Part shown: piece after piece, positions 37,710 to 51,536 of the stretch
Numbering within the stretch: the first letter of the stretch is position 1
How the letters are laid out: every line of letters starts with the position of its first letter
Assembly (NCBI RefSeq): GCF_009914755.1
Contig: NC_060934.1
DNA from: the human T2T-CHM13v2.0 reference genome, Homo sapiens
Direction: 5' to 3' (one strand)
Length of the DNA: 64,000 nt
The notes under the pieces: model-generated
The model's input: only the letters and a program-made list of their open reading frames with translations
Told to the model about the DNA's origin: nothing
Databases searched by the model: none
Program-made: the position numbers and the translations under genes

Positions 37710-39330
37710 AGTGAGTCGTAACCTTTTTGCTGCTGGAGTCGTGACTGGTCAAGGTGGTGATTACTGAAGATTGAGGTGGCTGTGTCAATTTCTTAAAATA
37801 AGACAGCAATGAATTTTGCTGCATTAACTGGCTTTTCTTCTTCAATAATTTCTCTGTAGCATGAGATGGTGCTCTATAGCATTTTACCCACAGTAGAACC
37901 TCTTTCAAATTGAGAGTTAATCCTCTCAAACCCTGGGGCTGCTTTATCAACTAAGTTTATGGAATATTCAAAATCGTTTGCTGTCATTTCAACAATGTGC
38001 ACAGCGTCTTCGCCAGGCACGGGCTCCATCTTAAGAAATGACTTTCTTTGCTCATCCATAAAAAGTAGCTCCTCAGCTGCTCAAGTTTTATTCTGGGATT
38101 ACAGCAATTGAGTCACATCTTCAGGCTCCACTTCAAATTCTAGTTCTCCTGCTATTTCTGATACTTTATTTACTTCCTCCATTGAAGTATTGAGCCTGTC
38201 AAAATCATACATGAGGGTTGGCATCCACTTTGTTCAAACTCCTCTTAATGTTGGTGTTTTGACCTCCTCCCATGAATCATGAATGTGTTTAATGGCATCT
38301 AGAAGGGTGAATCCTTTCCAGAAGATTTTTAATTTACTTTGTCCAAATACATCAGAAGAAGTGCTGTCTATGGCAGCTATGGCCTTACAAAATATATTTC
38401 TTACATAATAAGACTTGAAAGTCAAAATGACCCCTTGATCCAAGGACTCCATGGTTAGCAGACATGAAAACAATATTTATCTCTTTGCATATTTCCATCA
38501 GAGCTCTTGAATGACCAGGTGCATTGTCAATAAATAGTAATATTTTGAATGGAATATTTTTGTCAACCGTCAGCTTAAAATATTCAGTAAACCATGATTT
38601 AAACAGTTGTGCTGTCATCTATTTATAGAGCACAGGTAGAGTAAATTTAGCATAATTCTTAAGGGCCATAAAATTTTCAGAAGGGTAAATGAGCATTGGT
38701 TTCAACTTAAAGTCATGAGCTGCATTAGCCCCTAATAAAAAGTTAGCTTGTTCTTTGAAACTTTGAAGCCAGGCTTGGGCTTTCCCTCTCTAGCTACAAA
38801 AGTCCTAGGTGACATCTTCTAACAACAGAAGGCTCTTTTGTCTAAACTGAGTAGAATCTGCCGTTTGGTGTAACCACCTTCAATTACCTTAGCTAGATCT
38901 TCTGTGTAACTTGCTGCAGCTTCTCCATCAGCACTCGCTGCTTCACCTTGCACTTTTATGTTATAGAGATGGCTTTAAAAAAACTCATAAATCAACCTCT
39001 TCTAACTTCCCATTTTTATTCTGCAACTTCCTCATCTCTATCAGCCTTCATAGAATTGAAGAGAGTTAGAGTTTTGCTCTGGATGAGGCTTTGATTTAAG
39101 GAAATGCTGTGGCTGGTTTGGTCTTCTATCCAGATCACTCAAACTTTCTCCGTATCAGCAATAAGCCTATTTCACTTTGTTATCATTCATGTGTTCAGGA
39201 GAGCAGCACTTTCAATTTTCTTCAACAACTTTTCCTTTGCATTCATAACTTGGCTAAATGTTTGGTGCAAGAGGTGTAGCTTTCAGCCTATCTCAGGTTA
39301 CTTACTTCTCAGTATACTTACTTCTTTCTA
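37710..39330 (-). pseudogene. Disrupted Tigger1 (pogo/CENP-B-like DDE) transposase
   Basis: Fragments in different frames: [17 protein letters not shown] (38385-38618), [13 protein letters not shown]...[22 protein letters not shown] (38234-38473), [12 protein letters not shown]...[19 protein letters not shown] (37874-38059). Confidence 0.85.
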
Positions 39331-39417
39331 GCTTTTTTATTTAAAATGAGTAATGTATAACTCTGCTTCACTTGAACACTTAGAGGCCACTGTAGGGTTA
39401 TTAATTGGCCTAATTTC

Positions 39418-39611
39418 TTTTTTTATATGTGGAAAAAGATCAAATTTATTATTTTTTTTAATTTTACTTTAAGTTCTGGAGTACATGTGCAGAACATGCA
39501 GGTTTGTTACATAGGTATACACGTGCCATGGTGATTTGCTGCACCCATCAACCTGTCATCTACATTAGGTATTTCTCCCAAAGCCACCCCTCCCCTAGCC
39601 CCCAACCCCGC
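39418..39611 (-). mobile_element. 5'-truncated L1PA7/8-type 3' end with short 3' transduction, inserted in Tigger1
   Basis: tactttaagttctggagtacatgtgcagaacatgcaggtttgttacataggtatacacgtgccatgg; TSD taa(t/c)tggcctaatttc at 39402-39417 and 39612-39627. Confidence 0.9.
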
Positions 39612-42600
39612 TAACTGGCCTAATTTCAATATTAGTATGCTTCAGGAAATAGGGAGGCCCAAGGAGAGGGTGAGAGATGGAGGAATTTTAGGTCATTGGG
39701 GGCAGTCAGAACACACACAATATTAATTAAGATTACTGCTCATGTGGGTGCAATTCATGGAGCCCCAAAATAATTACAATAGTAACATGAAGGACCACTG
39801 ATCACAGATCATCATAGCAGATATAATAGTAATGAAAGAGTTTGAATACTGTGAGAATCACCAGAATTTTACACAAACTGAGCACACACTACTGGAAAAA
39901 TGGTGCTGATAGAATTGCTTAGTGCAGGATTGCTACAAACCTTCAACTTGTGAAAAAAGCAGTATCTGCAAAGCACAGTAAAGTGACATGCAACAAACTG
40001 ATGTATGCAAGTATATATAATTTCATAGAGACTTATAAATATGTGCATATGGTCACTCGTGTTAGTTATGGTGTTCAAATAAATCCTCTACAGCTTCACT
40101 AACTCTTTGTTTGCTTTACTTACAAATAATTATTCAAAGAATGTTGAAACCTCCCACCATGATGATGCTTTTGTCCATTTTTTCTTATATTTATATCAGT
40201 TTTGCTTTATTTATTTTTAAAATATTTTAGATGCATGAAACTTGCAATAGTTCATATGGTCAACATGAGCTTTTGTCCCTAATAATGGATTTTGTAGTTA
40301 AATTTAATTTTTGTTTCATGGTAGTATCATTATGTCAGCTTGCTTTAGGTTGGTGTTACTGTAGTTTTGTTTTGTTTGTTTTGGTCTTTTAAATTGAATC
40401 CTTACATGTTCTTATATTTTAGTTCTGTTTTTTTTTAAACAACATATCGTTGGGTTTTGTTCTTGTTTTATTTCACTAATTTTATTTTATTTTTCTTTCC
40501 CATGCTGTTGTTTTGTTTGCATTTTAGAACCTTAGAGAGCTCCACTTCTTCCTCCCAGCTCTGCAATGCAATAATGCGTGTGTTTTATTTATGCTCCAGT
40601 TGCAACCAGTCTTCCACCTGCTCCTCAAAAACGTTTTGTTTTGCTTTGTTTTCATATTACATGTGCCTCTCTGGGGAGGATGCTTTCTATCCACAATCTC
40701 CCATCCCCTTAGACTGAGGTTATGTAGGGTTAGTTTCCTGGCCATTGATGTTTGTTTTCACGTATTGAAACCACATAATCATATTCCCCACCTATGCAGT
40801 GCAAGGCATAAGGCAAAACCAAACATTCTACTTAGAGATGATGTCATTAGGTGTCTACCTGAAATTTTCTTATCCTGTCTATATAACATACTCCTGTCTC
40901 TAATTAGCACAATACATCTTGACATTAGTAAGCTTCTTAAGTACCAAGATAGTTTCTTGTTAGTGGGGTGCCTTCTTTTTGTGCTGTTGCAGAACATGTC
41001 TTTTTTCTGTAATGTATTATTATAGTTCAGAGGAGATTAATCACATATATATTAAAATATATATGTAATTTTATATTATGTACATTATCTAAAGATTTTA
41101 TATCCTCCATGAAATTTTGTTTAAAATGACACAATACTCCATAGAGTTATATATAGAAATATATAAAGACATATTTAAATTCCTCTCCAGACTTCGACAA
41201 AGGGTTGCAAGCAAATTTATTTACAGTGAAATGACAATCCAATTCACATATGCGCTATCACCATATTTTAGATTTTGGGAAAAACAATCTCATTAGAAAA
41301 TATGTTCCTCATTGTTCTATTCTAGCTGAACTAGGATTTCCAAAAAGGAAACAGCAAAGGAAGTCACTTCAAGCAGTAAAATAAGCAGAGTTTAAGATCG
41401 GGAATAAATAATTCATGCAAAAAGAAATGCAAGATTTCCATTTTATCTTGCTTCTACATATATTGGAAAGGTTCAATCCAGATCTGATGTACTAATGCAA
41501 GCTTAAACCTTTTATCACCTGATATATTTTTTAGTTCTCTTACTAATCCACATAAAATTACTAAATTTGGCACTCTGGATATTTATGATTTTAAACAGAC
41601 TCTAACTAAAAGCACAATCCTGTTAAGATAGAATGTGTTATGTACAAGTTATCCTTCTCCACCAGTATATAATTTTAGAAACAGTGGATTTTCCAGGAAC
41701 CCCTTTTCACCCATGAATAGGTCTTTGAATGGAATTTTACCATATTGGGACCCTATAACAATTTGTTTTAGGAAAGTATCAAGAAACAAGGCCTAATCTC
41801 TGTAGAAATCTTTTGAGGCTAATGATAAGATTCCCGCTAGGATGGGCCAGACTATAAACCATGCTGTGATTTCATATATTTTCATATGTGACCTTATATT
41901 GTTATTTTTGTAAAGAAAAATGAGTGTAGGCTTATTTTAGAAATGTCTATTAATTTTCTGAAGAGAGAGACAATATCAAAAAGATCAACGTATCTACCTC
42001 TGTGAAAAAAACCCTGTATTTTGTCCTTCAAGAAGAATTTGCTCTTCATTGGATATATCAAAGGCAAGTCAAAATAAAATAAGCAATTAAATGAAACATC
42101 AGAGAAGCAAACACAAACCAAGATATTTATTCTTCCACACATATCCACCTATGCCGGGCTTTTTATTCCCTTAACATCTGTTCAGCACAAGAAATATGGC
42201 TACATTTCCTTAACATCAGACAACCCATGACAGTGGTACAATGGGACCAACCAATGGTTCTCTGGCATAGGCTTACAGCTAACGTTCAAACATACCCTAT
42301 GATGACGGTGCAAAAGACAACAGTACAAGACAAATCACACAAATAGTGAAGCACATCGAAAGAGTTTAACTGTCATGTTATGAAAGTTATAAAATAGTTT
42401 CTTCTTGCTGTTATAAAGGCACTCATGGCTAACCAATAGAAAAAGAAAAATACAGAAAATTATCAGAGGAAGATAATCATTTCTATACTCAACAGCGATC
42501 TATGTTAAAACTTGGTTGTAATTCTTTCCAGATTTTTCACTCTTCCTATTTTTCATTGTATGTACATTACCCCTGGGCCACAAAATCCATTGTCAATGGT

Positions 42601-42739
42601 CAAGCCAGAGGTAGAAGTCCTTTAGTATTTCCAAAATTTACGGTACTAAATTACTAAATTCAATTCACCTTTCATTCGCGTAGAGTGCATCTTTAGGTGT
42701 TTTTTCCAAAATCAACACTCAAACTCCGTATTTTAGCAT

Positions 42740-42950
42740 ACATAGCACTCTGGAGCCAGAAAGCCTGTATTTAGTGCCAGTTCCTTCATGCATTAGCAGG
42801 GTGGCCTTGGTTCTTTAACTTTTCTTGGAATTGAACTCATTGATTAAATTAGTATAAAAATAATACTTACATGTAGTATTAAACAAGTCAATGCTACATG
42901 TGAACGTTTTAGAACAGAGACTAATGAATACTGAGCTCTAAGTACTGTTT
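42740..42950 (+). mobile_element. MIR SINE
   Basis: gcactctggagccagaaagcctg...gtggccttgg...catgtgaacgttttagaacag. Confidence 0.6.
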
Positions 42951-42996
42951 TCGTTTTTGCGTTAGGATGATTATAGCTCTCGTTTTATTACTTTTA

Positions 42997-43416
<420 letters not shown>

Positions 43417-44459
43417 TTATATTTCATAGATGACATTTGAGGAAGCTTAATTTATAGTTTTCAATTTTTTAGGAATAACAGATTATCTGTTTTTAGTGTT
43501 TAAATAATTTGTATATACATATACATATATATTTATTTATTTAATCCCTAGGTGTACAGTTCTTTATCCCTGTTATTCAACATTTCACCAGTATGCATGG
43601 ATAGATGTATCTTTTATTTTTTCATCTTTTTTTGCCAAATTCACAAAAGGTTGTCTTTACATATTAATCTTTTTCAACCTAAAAAAGTTTTCTTTAATTA
43701 TTTAATTGATAATTGATTTTCTCAATTGATTTTTAATATTTTTCATTCCAAGAGTTTCATAGAAACTGTGCAATTCCTGGACTGAGTGTTTCCTCTCTCC
43801 TTTTTCTCTCACAGTGTTATATCCCTGTAGTATTTGTTTACCATCTTCAGTATTCTATCCTCAAGTTTGTTTTCCTATGTCACAGATTTGTTTGTCCACC
43901 GTATCAATGAATTTTTTTAATGCCACCAAGGTAATTTTTAGGTTTTCTATTGTATGTCAAAATACCTTATCACCACATTTTATCTTAGATATGAGAAGGA
44001 AAGATATTAATTCAGGAAGCTGCCCCTGAAAGACAGCACCTAGGCCAAGCCTTGGGCTCACCTAACAAACACCCTCCACTGCCAGTGGGTTCTCACCATG
44101 TGTCCAGAGGACTCAAGAGGCAAGACGGTCCAAACTCCTTTCCATCTCACGTAGGAAATGGTGCATTTTTTCCCTTCTCTCTTTCTTTCTTTAAGTGCCT
44201 CGGGCTACATCTATACTTGATGGAAAGAACTGCACATTACTCAAAGATTGTAAACTTAGAACTGGAAAACCACCTCATCTCCTTTTTAGAGGAAATGGGT
44301 GAATCTTAGGAAGATAAAAGTATTTGTTTCTATGGAATATGAAGGAAGAAATATATGTGTTAAAAGGGAGCCAGGATCATTGGGCTATGGGAGATGTTTG
44401 CATATGAGTCAACAGGAATCCATTTGCTGGGCTTTGCTAATAGGTGGTTTTCATTTAGA

Positions 44460-44900
44460 AAGCCCACCCAACCCCAACCTCAGTCAATATGATTGTGGTG
44501 AACCTAAGGAAAGTAAGTCACTCAAGCTTGGTGAATTAGATTCCCCTAGCCCCTAGGCCACAGTGATTGGTTCACAGCTGCATACATTATCATTTCAGAG
44601 ATTAAAAGTCATCATGAGAATTTTGCTGAACTCTCTGAAACAGTGGCAAATTGCATCTCTGTATGGATGGGAAGCTAACAAGTGAAACTAAGGACTACTG
44701 CTGCCGTCTTGCTAGATCATGGAGACTGAATTTGAAATTACCATGGAAGAAAGAGTTCTGAATGCCTCATTTAAGCCATGAATTCAATTGTATTTGAACC
44801 TACCCTAACCCAAGTGTACTCAGCACATGAAACAATCAATCTTCTATTTCTTCAGCCAGTCCTGATTATATTGGCTCTCTTTTACATGAAGAATCTTAAA
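44460..44900 (+). mobile_element. MLT1K/L-like MaLR LTR
   Basis: ggccacagtgattggttca...ctgctgccgtcttg...acttcagcacatgaaacaatcaatc...aagaatcttaa. Confidence 0.55.
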
Positions 44901-45549
44901 AAAAGTGCTCAGCTTAGGCTTTGACAAGAAAAATATAAACATAGAAATGAATAAAAGTATAAATATTTTTCAGATTGAGAGTGATAAGGAAAAGTGCCCC
45001 TCCATCTTTTGTAGAAGTCCCTTATTTGCGGTTACTCTAGCATATATTATCCTTGAATGTTCCACATCCCCCCACACTGCTTAAGCATTTTATGCATTTT
45101 ATGTGGGGCTACAAATAGCAATAGGCTCTGGCAAGAACAGAAGTCAAAGGAACATTAGTGTGTGAATAGCAAATAACAGAGGCATAACCAGTGGAGAAGG
45201 CTTGTGGACAAGCATGTATATATTGACTGTTACAGCCAAGAGGCCTTCTGGGAAATATACCTTGGTTGTGAGGGAGATCTGGCTAAAATATTCTTCACCC
45301 CATTGACACTAATCTAGATTATTTGTACACTAATACACACGATCACCTTTTTTGGTCTTTTCTCTATTCTCTGCTCCTTTTTAGAAAAAGGCTTACATTA
45401 ATCAAAGTTCTGTCAAACCCCTAAAATCAGATTGGTTATTATTTTAGGTTTTACTTCAGTAAAAGTTAATATAAATATAGAGCTTATATAATTTTCTTTT
45501 TTAATTTAAATAATAAAAATAATACATTGGTGAACCAAAGGGGAAAAAA

Positions 45550-45946
45550 TGTATTTATATTAGCTGGGACTGCCATAACAAAATACCATAGAATGAGTGG
45601 TTTAAACAGAAATTTATTTCTTATAGTTCTGGAGGCTGGGAAGCACAAGATCAAAGTGCCAATCATTTGGGCTCCTGAGGAGGGCTCTCTTCCTGGCTTG
45701 CAGATGGTGGCCTTCTTGCTCTGTCCTCACATGGTCTTTCCTTGGTATGTGTGAGTGGAAACAAAGAATAAAAAGCTCTCTGGTGTCTCTTCTTTTAAGG
45801 GCACTAATCCCATCATGAGTGCCCCATCCTCAGGACTTCAACTAATCCTAATCGCCTCAATTTTCCCATCTTCAAATACCACCGTATTAGGGGTTAGGAC
45901 TTCAACATATACATTTGAAGGAAACACAGACATTCAATCCATAACA
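45550..45946 (-). mobile_element. MLT1A-type MaLR solo LTR
   Basis: gggactgccataacaaaatacca...ttttaagggcactaatcccatcatgag...acattcaatccataaca. Confidence 0.88.
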
Positions 45947-48329
45947 GCATTAAAATCATGTTTGATGAAAGACCCCAGACTTCTTTTAATGCTGAAGCAG
46001 AGGCAGAGATTCACAGATATGTTTGCTTAACCCACTCAGATAATGATCTTCCAGATCATCGTGAGATAATTCTCCAAATTACTGTAGGTATTTGAGTGAT
46101 TCTAATGTTTAACTGTGAAACAATTGTTTTTTGAAACTGTGCCCAAGCTACTGGGTTCCCAGTCCCATTTTTTCAAATACTGTTTTTAGCTGTTTGCAGC
46201 CCTTCAATCCATAGACTTTCAGAGAATATATCTTGCCAGTAGTGTATTTGTCTAAGTATACTCAGCTACACAGGGCAGAAGTGTCAATCATGGAAGAGGA
46301 AACTGCTGAGATAATTTTTCCCAAAACTTTTCAAATATTTATTCCATGATTGGTTCACATATTATGCACCTATAACTTCAAAAATCCCCGAATATGTTTC
46401 ATTTAGACATTCTTTGCGTTTGGATTTTTGAAGAACTGTTTGAAGTCCAGGATAAGAGAGAGTTTGAGAATTTTATCAGCTTTTAAAATATGCTCTTTCT
46501 CTCTCAAAAAAAATTTGCAAATGTTTTATGATGTACATGTACTATTTTACCCCTTGAACAACCAACCTGAACCATGCTGTCTCCCAAAGCTAATAAAGAG
46601 AATGTTGGAATCCTGAGGGCCAGTGATGAGAGAGGGGAAGAAGGCACAGTTCTCATTATACTATCCTCTGACTTACATTCCTTTCTCTTTAAAATAACTT
46701 AGCATCTGCTAGTGTGCAGACATAAACTAATTTTCAATAGAGTACACTGAGGAAAAACACATAATATTTTTCTCTCATAGCAGGATCAGATTGGCCTAAA
46801 GATAACAAATTTGCTTTTATGTAAATATTTTACAAAACCTTTTAACTTACACTCAATGGGCATTGAAAAAGTCCCTGACGCTTTTTTTTTTTTTCATCTT
46901 TTGGCATTTAAAAAGTTTGAAATTGCATGAAATATATTTTTCTTTCTGTTTGTAAAAGCACATGTTCAGAAAGCATATTTCCTAATCAACATATGGACTA
47001 CATCTTTTCTGATTAAGGGTAATAGAAATTTCCAAGTTCAAGTCATGCATGTTGAATCAAGAATGCTCGAGAAAAACCCTGAGAAATTCAGATTTTAAAA
47101 GGGCTTCTGCCTAATGTACCCATTCATTGCAAAATCGAACTTCATAGAAATTATTTTAATTGTATAAATTTGGCTAGACTTCCATGTAAACAGTTAAAGA
47201 GAAAAAGGTAAATTGGACATTTTCAAAGAAAAAAACTGCAAGATTTGATATTAATTAAATTTATATAAAATATATTTGCATAAGATAAAAAGTAAATATA
47301 TTTTATATAAAAACTAATTGATGTAAAATATGAAAAGTATCAATCCATTGCATTTCTACAAGGGTACCTTTAAAAATATTATCGAAATTACTTCTCACAT
47401 CAATACTCAATTTATAAGACTATTTTAAATTAGGATGAGAATAAACTTCACTCTAACATGCAGAGATAAATATTATATGGAATTATATTATATTTAAAGA
47501 CCATCCCCCAAATATCCTGTTTGGGCAAAATGTTTTTGTGTGGTTTTAGAAATTTTCAACATAATGTAATTTCAAAATAATAAATTTTTAATCAAAAGGT
47601 TGATGGTCATCAACATACCATCAGATGAAATTTAATGTAAATGTCATGAGTAGCCTGAAATCTATCCATGTTCAAGGACAACATATCAAAAGATTCTTGA
47701 AATAATTTGATAAATGTGAACTTCTATTTGAGTGAAGATAGTCATTCTTATTCCAGGTCAGCCTTAGTCCTTGGTTACATACTTAGAAGAGATTATTCAT
47801 AGAAGTTGAATCCAAATAACATCAACAAATGCCAGTTAAAAACTGAAAAATTCATATACTCCAAGAAGTCCTACCCACTAAACCCCAAATAAGACTTTTT
47901 CCTGTAATGGAATAGACTAGATCTATTGGTTATTTACCTATTGGGTTTTAGTTTAGTTTTCACTTTGACTTTTTAATAATGACTTTAAATAACAATGCCA
48001 TTAATAAATTTCATGGTCTGCCACCCCCCACATAAGTACTTGGGTTCTTGCCTATCGATAAGAGTATTTATCAAGACAGTGAAAAAAATACTGTATTTTC
48101 TCTAACATACATATCTGTGTGAGAAGGTTAGTTGTTCCAACTTTCAGAATGTCATTCCTTCCAAGGACTCTGGGTTGAATAAGTGCATGTTTATGTGTGC
48201 ATTTGTGAACATATGTGCACATGCCTATGTATGTCTACAAAAAACACACACACATAAACATATGTAAATGTATACATGGGTATCAATGTATACATACATA
48301 TATGTATCTATATGTAGGTGTAATACACA

Positions 48330-48790
48330 CTGTCAATTCTGGTCCTCTGGGAAACCTTTGCCTTGGTGGAATTGGCAATGCAAGAAATTCTTCGGGGTAA
48401 ATAAACATCTATAAATAATAAAGGGAAGAAAAAGCAGGATTGGGCAAGAGAACCTTCACTCTGCAATGCTAGTGTGACATCAGAACAAAGAGAGGGAAGG
48501 ACAGAGTGGAGAGGGTAAAATAATCTCAGACTATGTTGCAGTTCTGAGGATTTGTCAGCCAGGCTGATGGTGAGACCCAGAGTAAAGATGGCAAGAGTTC
48601 TGCATGGCTGAATCTACTATTCCTTCCATGCCCAGTCCCTGTGGGGATTGAGGCTTTGGCCCTAACCCTGTGGTGGTTTCTACAGGTGCAGCTGCTGGAT
48701 GCTATCGCTAAGTACCCCCTTGCAGCTGGTCCTCTCCTGAAAGGACATTTGAGTCCTGCAAGCTCAAGGCTGCCATGCACATGCATATGT
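48330..48790 (-). mobile_element. LTR16-type ERVL LTR
   Basis: aagcaggattgggcaagag...ctcagactatgttgcagttctgagga...cagctgctggatgct...cctgaaaggacatttgag. Confidence 0.6.
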
Positions 48791-49377
48791 AAATGGACAT
48801 ATTTTAGGTTAGTCATTGCTCCGTCTTTCTGAAGTGAAGATTGATTATTTATGACTCTCCCAATTTTTTAATTTCTTCCCTGGGATTCTGAAATGATTAC
48901 ATGGATTTTCAAAGAGTGCTATACATTTTGAAGGGAGACACTAGGTATAGCTATAAATACCTCACATTCTTCAGCAATGTGTATAGAATAGAGATTGTTT
49001 TATTTAGTATATTGACCTATTTCCAAGTTGGCTGATAGTTACAACATTTCTTTTTCCAAATAGGGGGATTATTTTTGGAATCCTGTTTTATATGGCTGAA
49101 TGTTGCTTGTATTCCACTGACCACCAGAAACACAAAGGTGCACTCTTGGGGGCCTGTGGTCAGAAAGGCTTAGATCACAGTTACAGATTTCAAAAATCCA
49201 AGTGACTTATTTGCAATTCAAATCTTCTCTCTAATGCTCTAGCTCCAAAGAGAGAGAAAGAGGGTATGGTGCAGAACCAGCATATAAATTTGTCTAGTGT
49301 GAGATCTAAGATATGCACAGCCCCTGTGGGATAGCTTTACATGAAGAGGCAGAAGGGAGCAGTATAAAAATTGTCTT

Positions 49378-50067
49378 TGTTATGGACTAAATCTTAGTGC
49401 TCCCCTCCACCAATGAATTCATATGCTGAAGCCCCAGTTCCCAATATTCTGGTATTTGAAGGTGGGACGTTTGCTAGGTAATTAGGTCTAAATGATTTCA
49501 TGAGGGTGGGGCCCCCATGATGAGATTAGGGTCCTGATAGGAAGAGAAAGACACTGGATGGCCTGGCGGGGTGGCTCACACCTGTAATCCCAGCACTTTG
49601 GGAGGCTGAGCCTGGTGGATCATTTGAGGTCAAGAGCTCAAAACCAGCCTGGCCAACATGGTGAAACCCCGTCTCTACTAAAAATACAAAAATTAGCCGG
49701 GCATGGTGGTGGCTGCCTGTAATCCCAGCTACTCAGGAGGCTGAGGCAGGAAATTGCTTGAGGCCAGGAGGCGGAGGTCGCAGTGAGCAGAGATAGTGCC
49801 ACTGCACTCCAGCCTGGGTGACAGAGCGAGACTCCGTCTCAAAAAAAAAAAAAAAAAAGACACTGGAGCTGGCCTGCTGTCCACAAGATGAGGACACACT
49901 GAAAACGGCAGCTTTCTGCAAGCTACGAAGAGAACCCTCTCCAGAAACCAAATCAGTGGGCACCTTGATCATGGATTTCCAGCTTCCAGAACTGTGAAAA
50001 ATCAGTATTTTTTATTAAGCCACCCAATCTATGTTATTTTCTTAAGGTAGCCCCAGCTGACTAATAC
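49378..50067 (+). mobile_element. MLT1A solo LTR split by an Alu
   Basis: tgttatggactaaat...catgagggtggggcccccatgatgagattag...ggtagccccagctgactaatac. Confidence 0.88.
49560..49858 (+). mobile_element. AluSx/Sz SINE
   Basis: Full dimer; TSD aaagacactgga at 49547-49558 and 49856-49867. Confidence 0.95.
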
Positions 50068-50314
50068 CTTCCCCGCACCCCTGGCCCCATATGATAAAAC
50101 AAGGGAGGGAATGAGAAATCAATCATTTCTGTTTGTGAGTGACTCACATCATCTCCTGCAGAAATGGAGATACATAAGTTTCCTAAGTCTGATACCCTGC
50201 CAGGAGTGGGAAAAAGCCCAGAGCAGAAAAATGTCATAGAACCCCAAGGCTTTGTAGACCAGTAACACCACCCGAATCTATAGCAATAGAAGATGGATAG
50301 ACAATTTACCATCT

Positions 50315-50681
50315 AATTTACAAGGGAACAAAATTTACTTCTTACAGTTCTGGAGCCTGAGAAGTCCAAGGTCTAGAGGCATCTGTGCTAAGAGCCTTCT
50401 TGCTGGTAGGGACTCCCTGGACATCCCAAGGAAGCACAGGGTATCACACAGCAAGGGGGCTGAACATGCTGGTGTACTGGCTCAGGTCTCTCTTCTTTAT
50501 ATGAAGACAACAGTCCCACTCCCGTGATAACCCATTAATCCGCTGATTGACAAATAGATTAATCCATTCATGAGACAAAGCCCTCCTGACCCAATCACCT
50601 CTTAAAGGCTCTCCATACTGCCATATTGGGGATTCAATTTCCCCACGAGTTTTGGAGGGGACAAATATTCAAACCACAGCA
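50315..50681 (-). mobile_element. MST-family MaLR LTR (MSTB1/MSTC-like)
   Basis: ttacagttctggagcctgagaagtccaagg...gattaatccattcatgag...ttttggaggggacaaatattcaaaccacagca. Confidence 0.8.
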
Positions 50682-51219
50682 TGTAGCAAGCAGGCGCAGC
50701 ATTGTTGAAATTCACTCAAGGGGGGAACTTGGGGACTGCATTGGTCAACAGTGCTGAAAGCCCTGGCAATATGCATTGAGACTTCTCACCCAGTCTACTG
50801 AAAAAAAGGGGAGCCTGGCTATAATCCAAAGTTCCAGCAAGTGTAACTGGAGTGGGGAAAGTTTGCTGAGTTCATGGTTTTCTTGCCTACTTTGTGTTAT
50901 TCACACATTTGCCATCATGCTTCCCCTGGCTGGTATCACACTTGTTTAAAACTCGAACTTCCCTGAACATGCACCATTGAGATTCCTTTTCCTGCCAAAT
51001 TAACTGTGCAGAATTTCTCCTTAAATGTTATCAAAACCCCTGAAGTGAAAGATTAAATAATCATTCGGTAGATATTGTTAAAGACAAAGGGGGTCTTTAG
51101 GCATAAAGAAATTTTTTTACAGACTCTTTATGGGTTTAAATATTTTTTATATGTTTAAAGCTAAATATATTCTTAAAAAAATTAAAAGATGATGATACTT
51201 GGAGCTATGAGACCATCTT

Positions 51220-51536
51220 GTTTGTTTGTTTGTTTGTTTGTTTGTTTGTTTGTTTTTGAGACAAAGTCTCACTCTGTCTCCAGGCTGGAGTGCAGTGGCA
51301 TGAGCTTGGTTCACTGCAACCTCTGCCTCCTGGATTCAAGTGATTCTCCTGCCTCAGACTCTTGAGTAGCTGGGATTACAGGTGTGCGCCACCACACCCA
51401 GCTAATTTTTGTATTTTTAGTAGAGACAGGGTTTCACCATGTTGGCCAGGATGGTCTTGATCTCATGACCTGGTGATCCACCTGCCTCGGCCTCCCAAAG
51501 TGCTGGGATTACAGGTGTGAGCCACCGTGACTGACC
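51220..51536 (-). mobile_element. AluSc with (TTTG)n tail
   Basis: ctgtctccaggctgg and aggatggtcttgatctc diagnostics; TSD agaccatctt at 51210-51219 and 51538-51547. Confidence 0.92.

Larger units (their letters stand above)
37497..40011 (-). mobile_element. Near-full-length Tigger1 DNA transposon
   Basis: Termini caggcacacatcagagatg and aacaaactgatgtatgcaag-TA; ORF fragments translate to Tigger1 transposase. Confidence 0.92.
36960..40470 (-). mobile_element. Old L1 ORF2 remnant (36960-37496 and about 40012-40470) split by Tigger1
   Basis: gaggcttatctatcatattagtcttc...tccatctgtgcttgagaagaa before Tigger1; atgttgaaacctcccaccatgatg after it. Confidence 0.65.

Noticed and set aside
37708-38618. 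Possible domesticated TIGD-like gene
   Set aside because: The transposase is broken by frameshifts, deletions and stops, consistent with a neutrally decaying Tigger1
42298-42380. ATGATGA C-box-like motif suggesting a C/D snoRNA
   Set aside because: No CTGA D-box or terminal stem at a suitable distance
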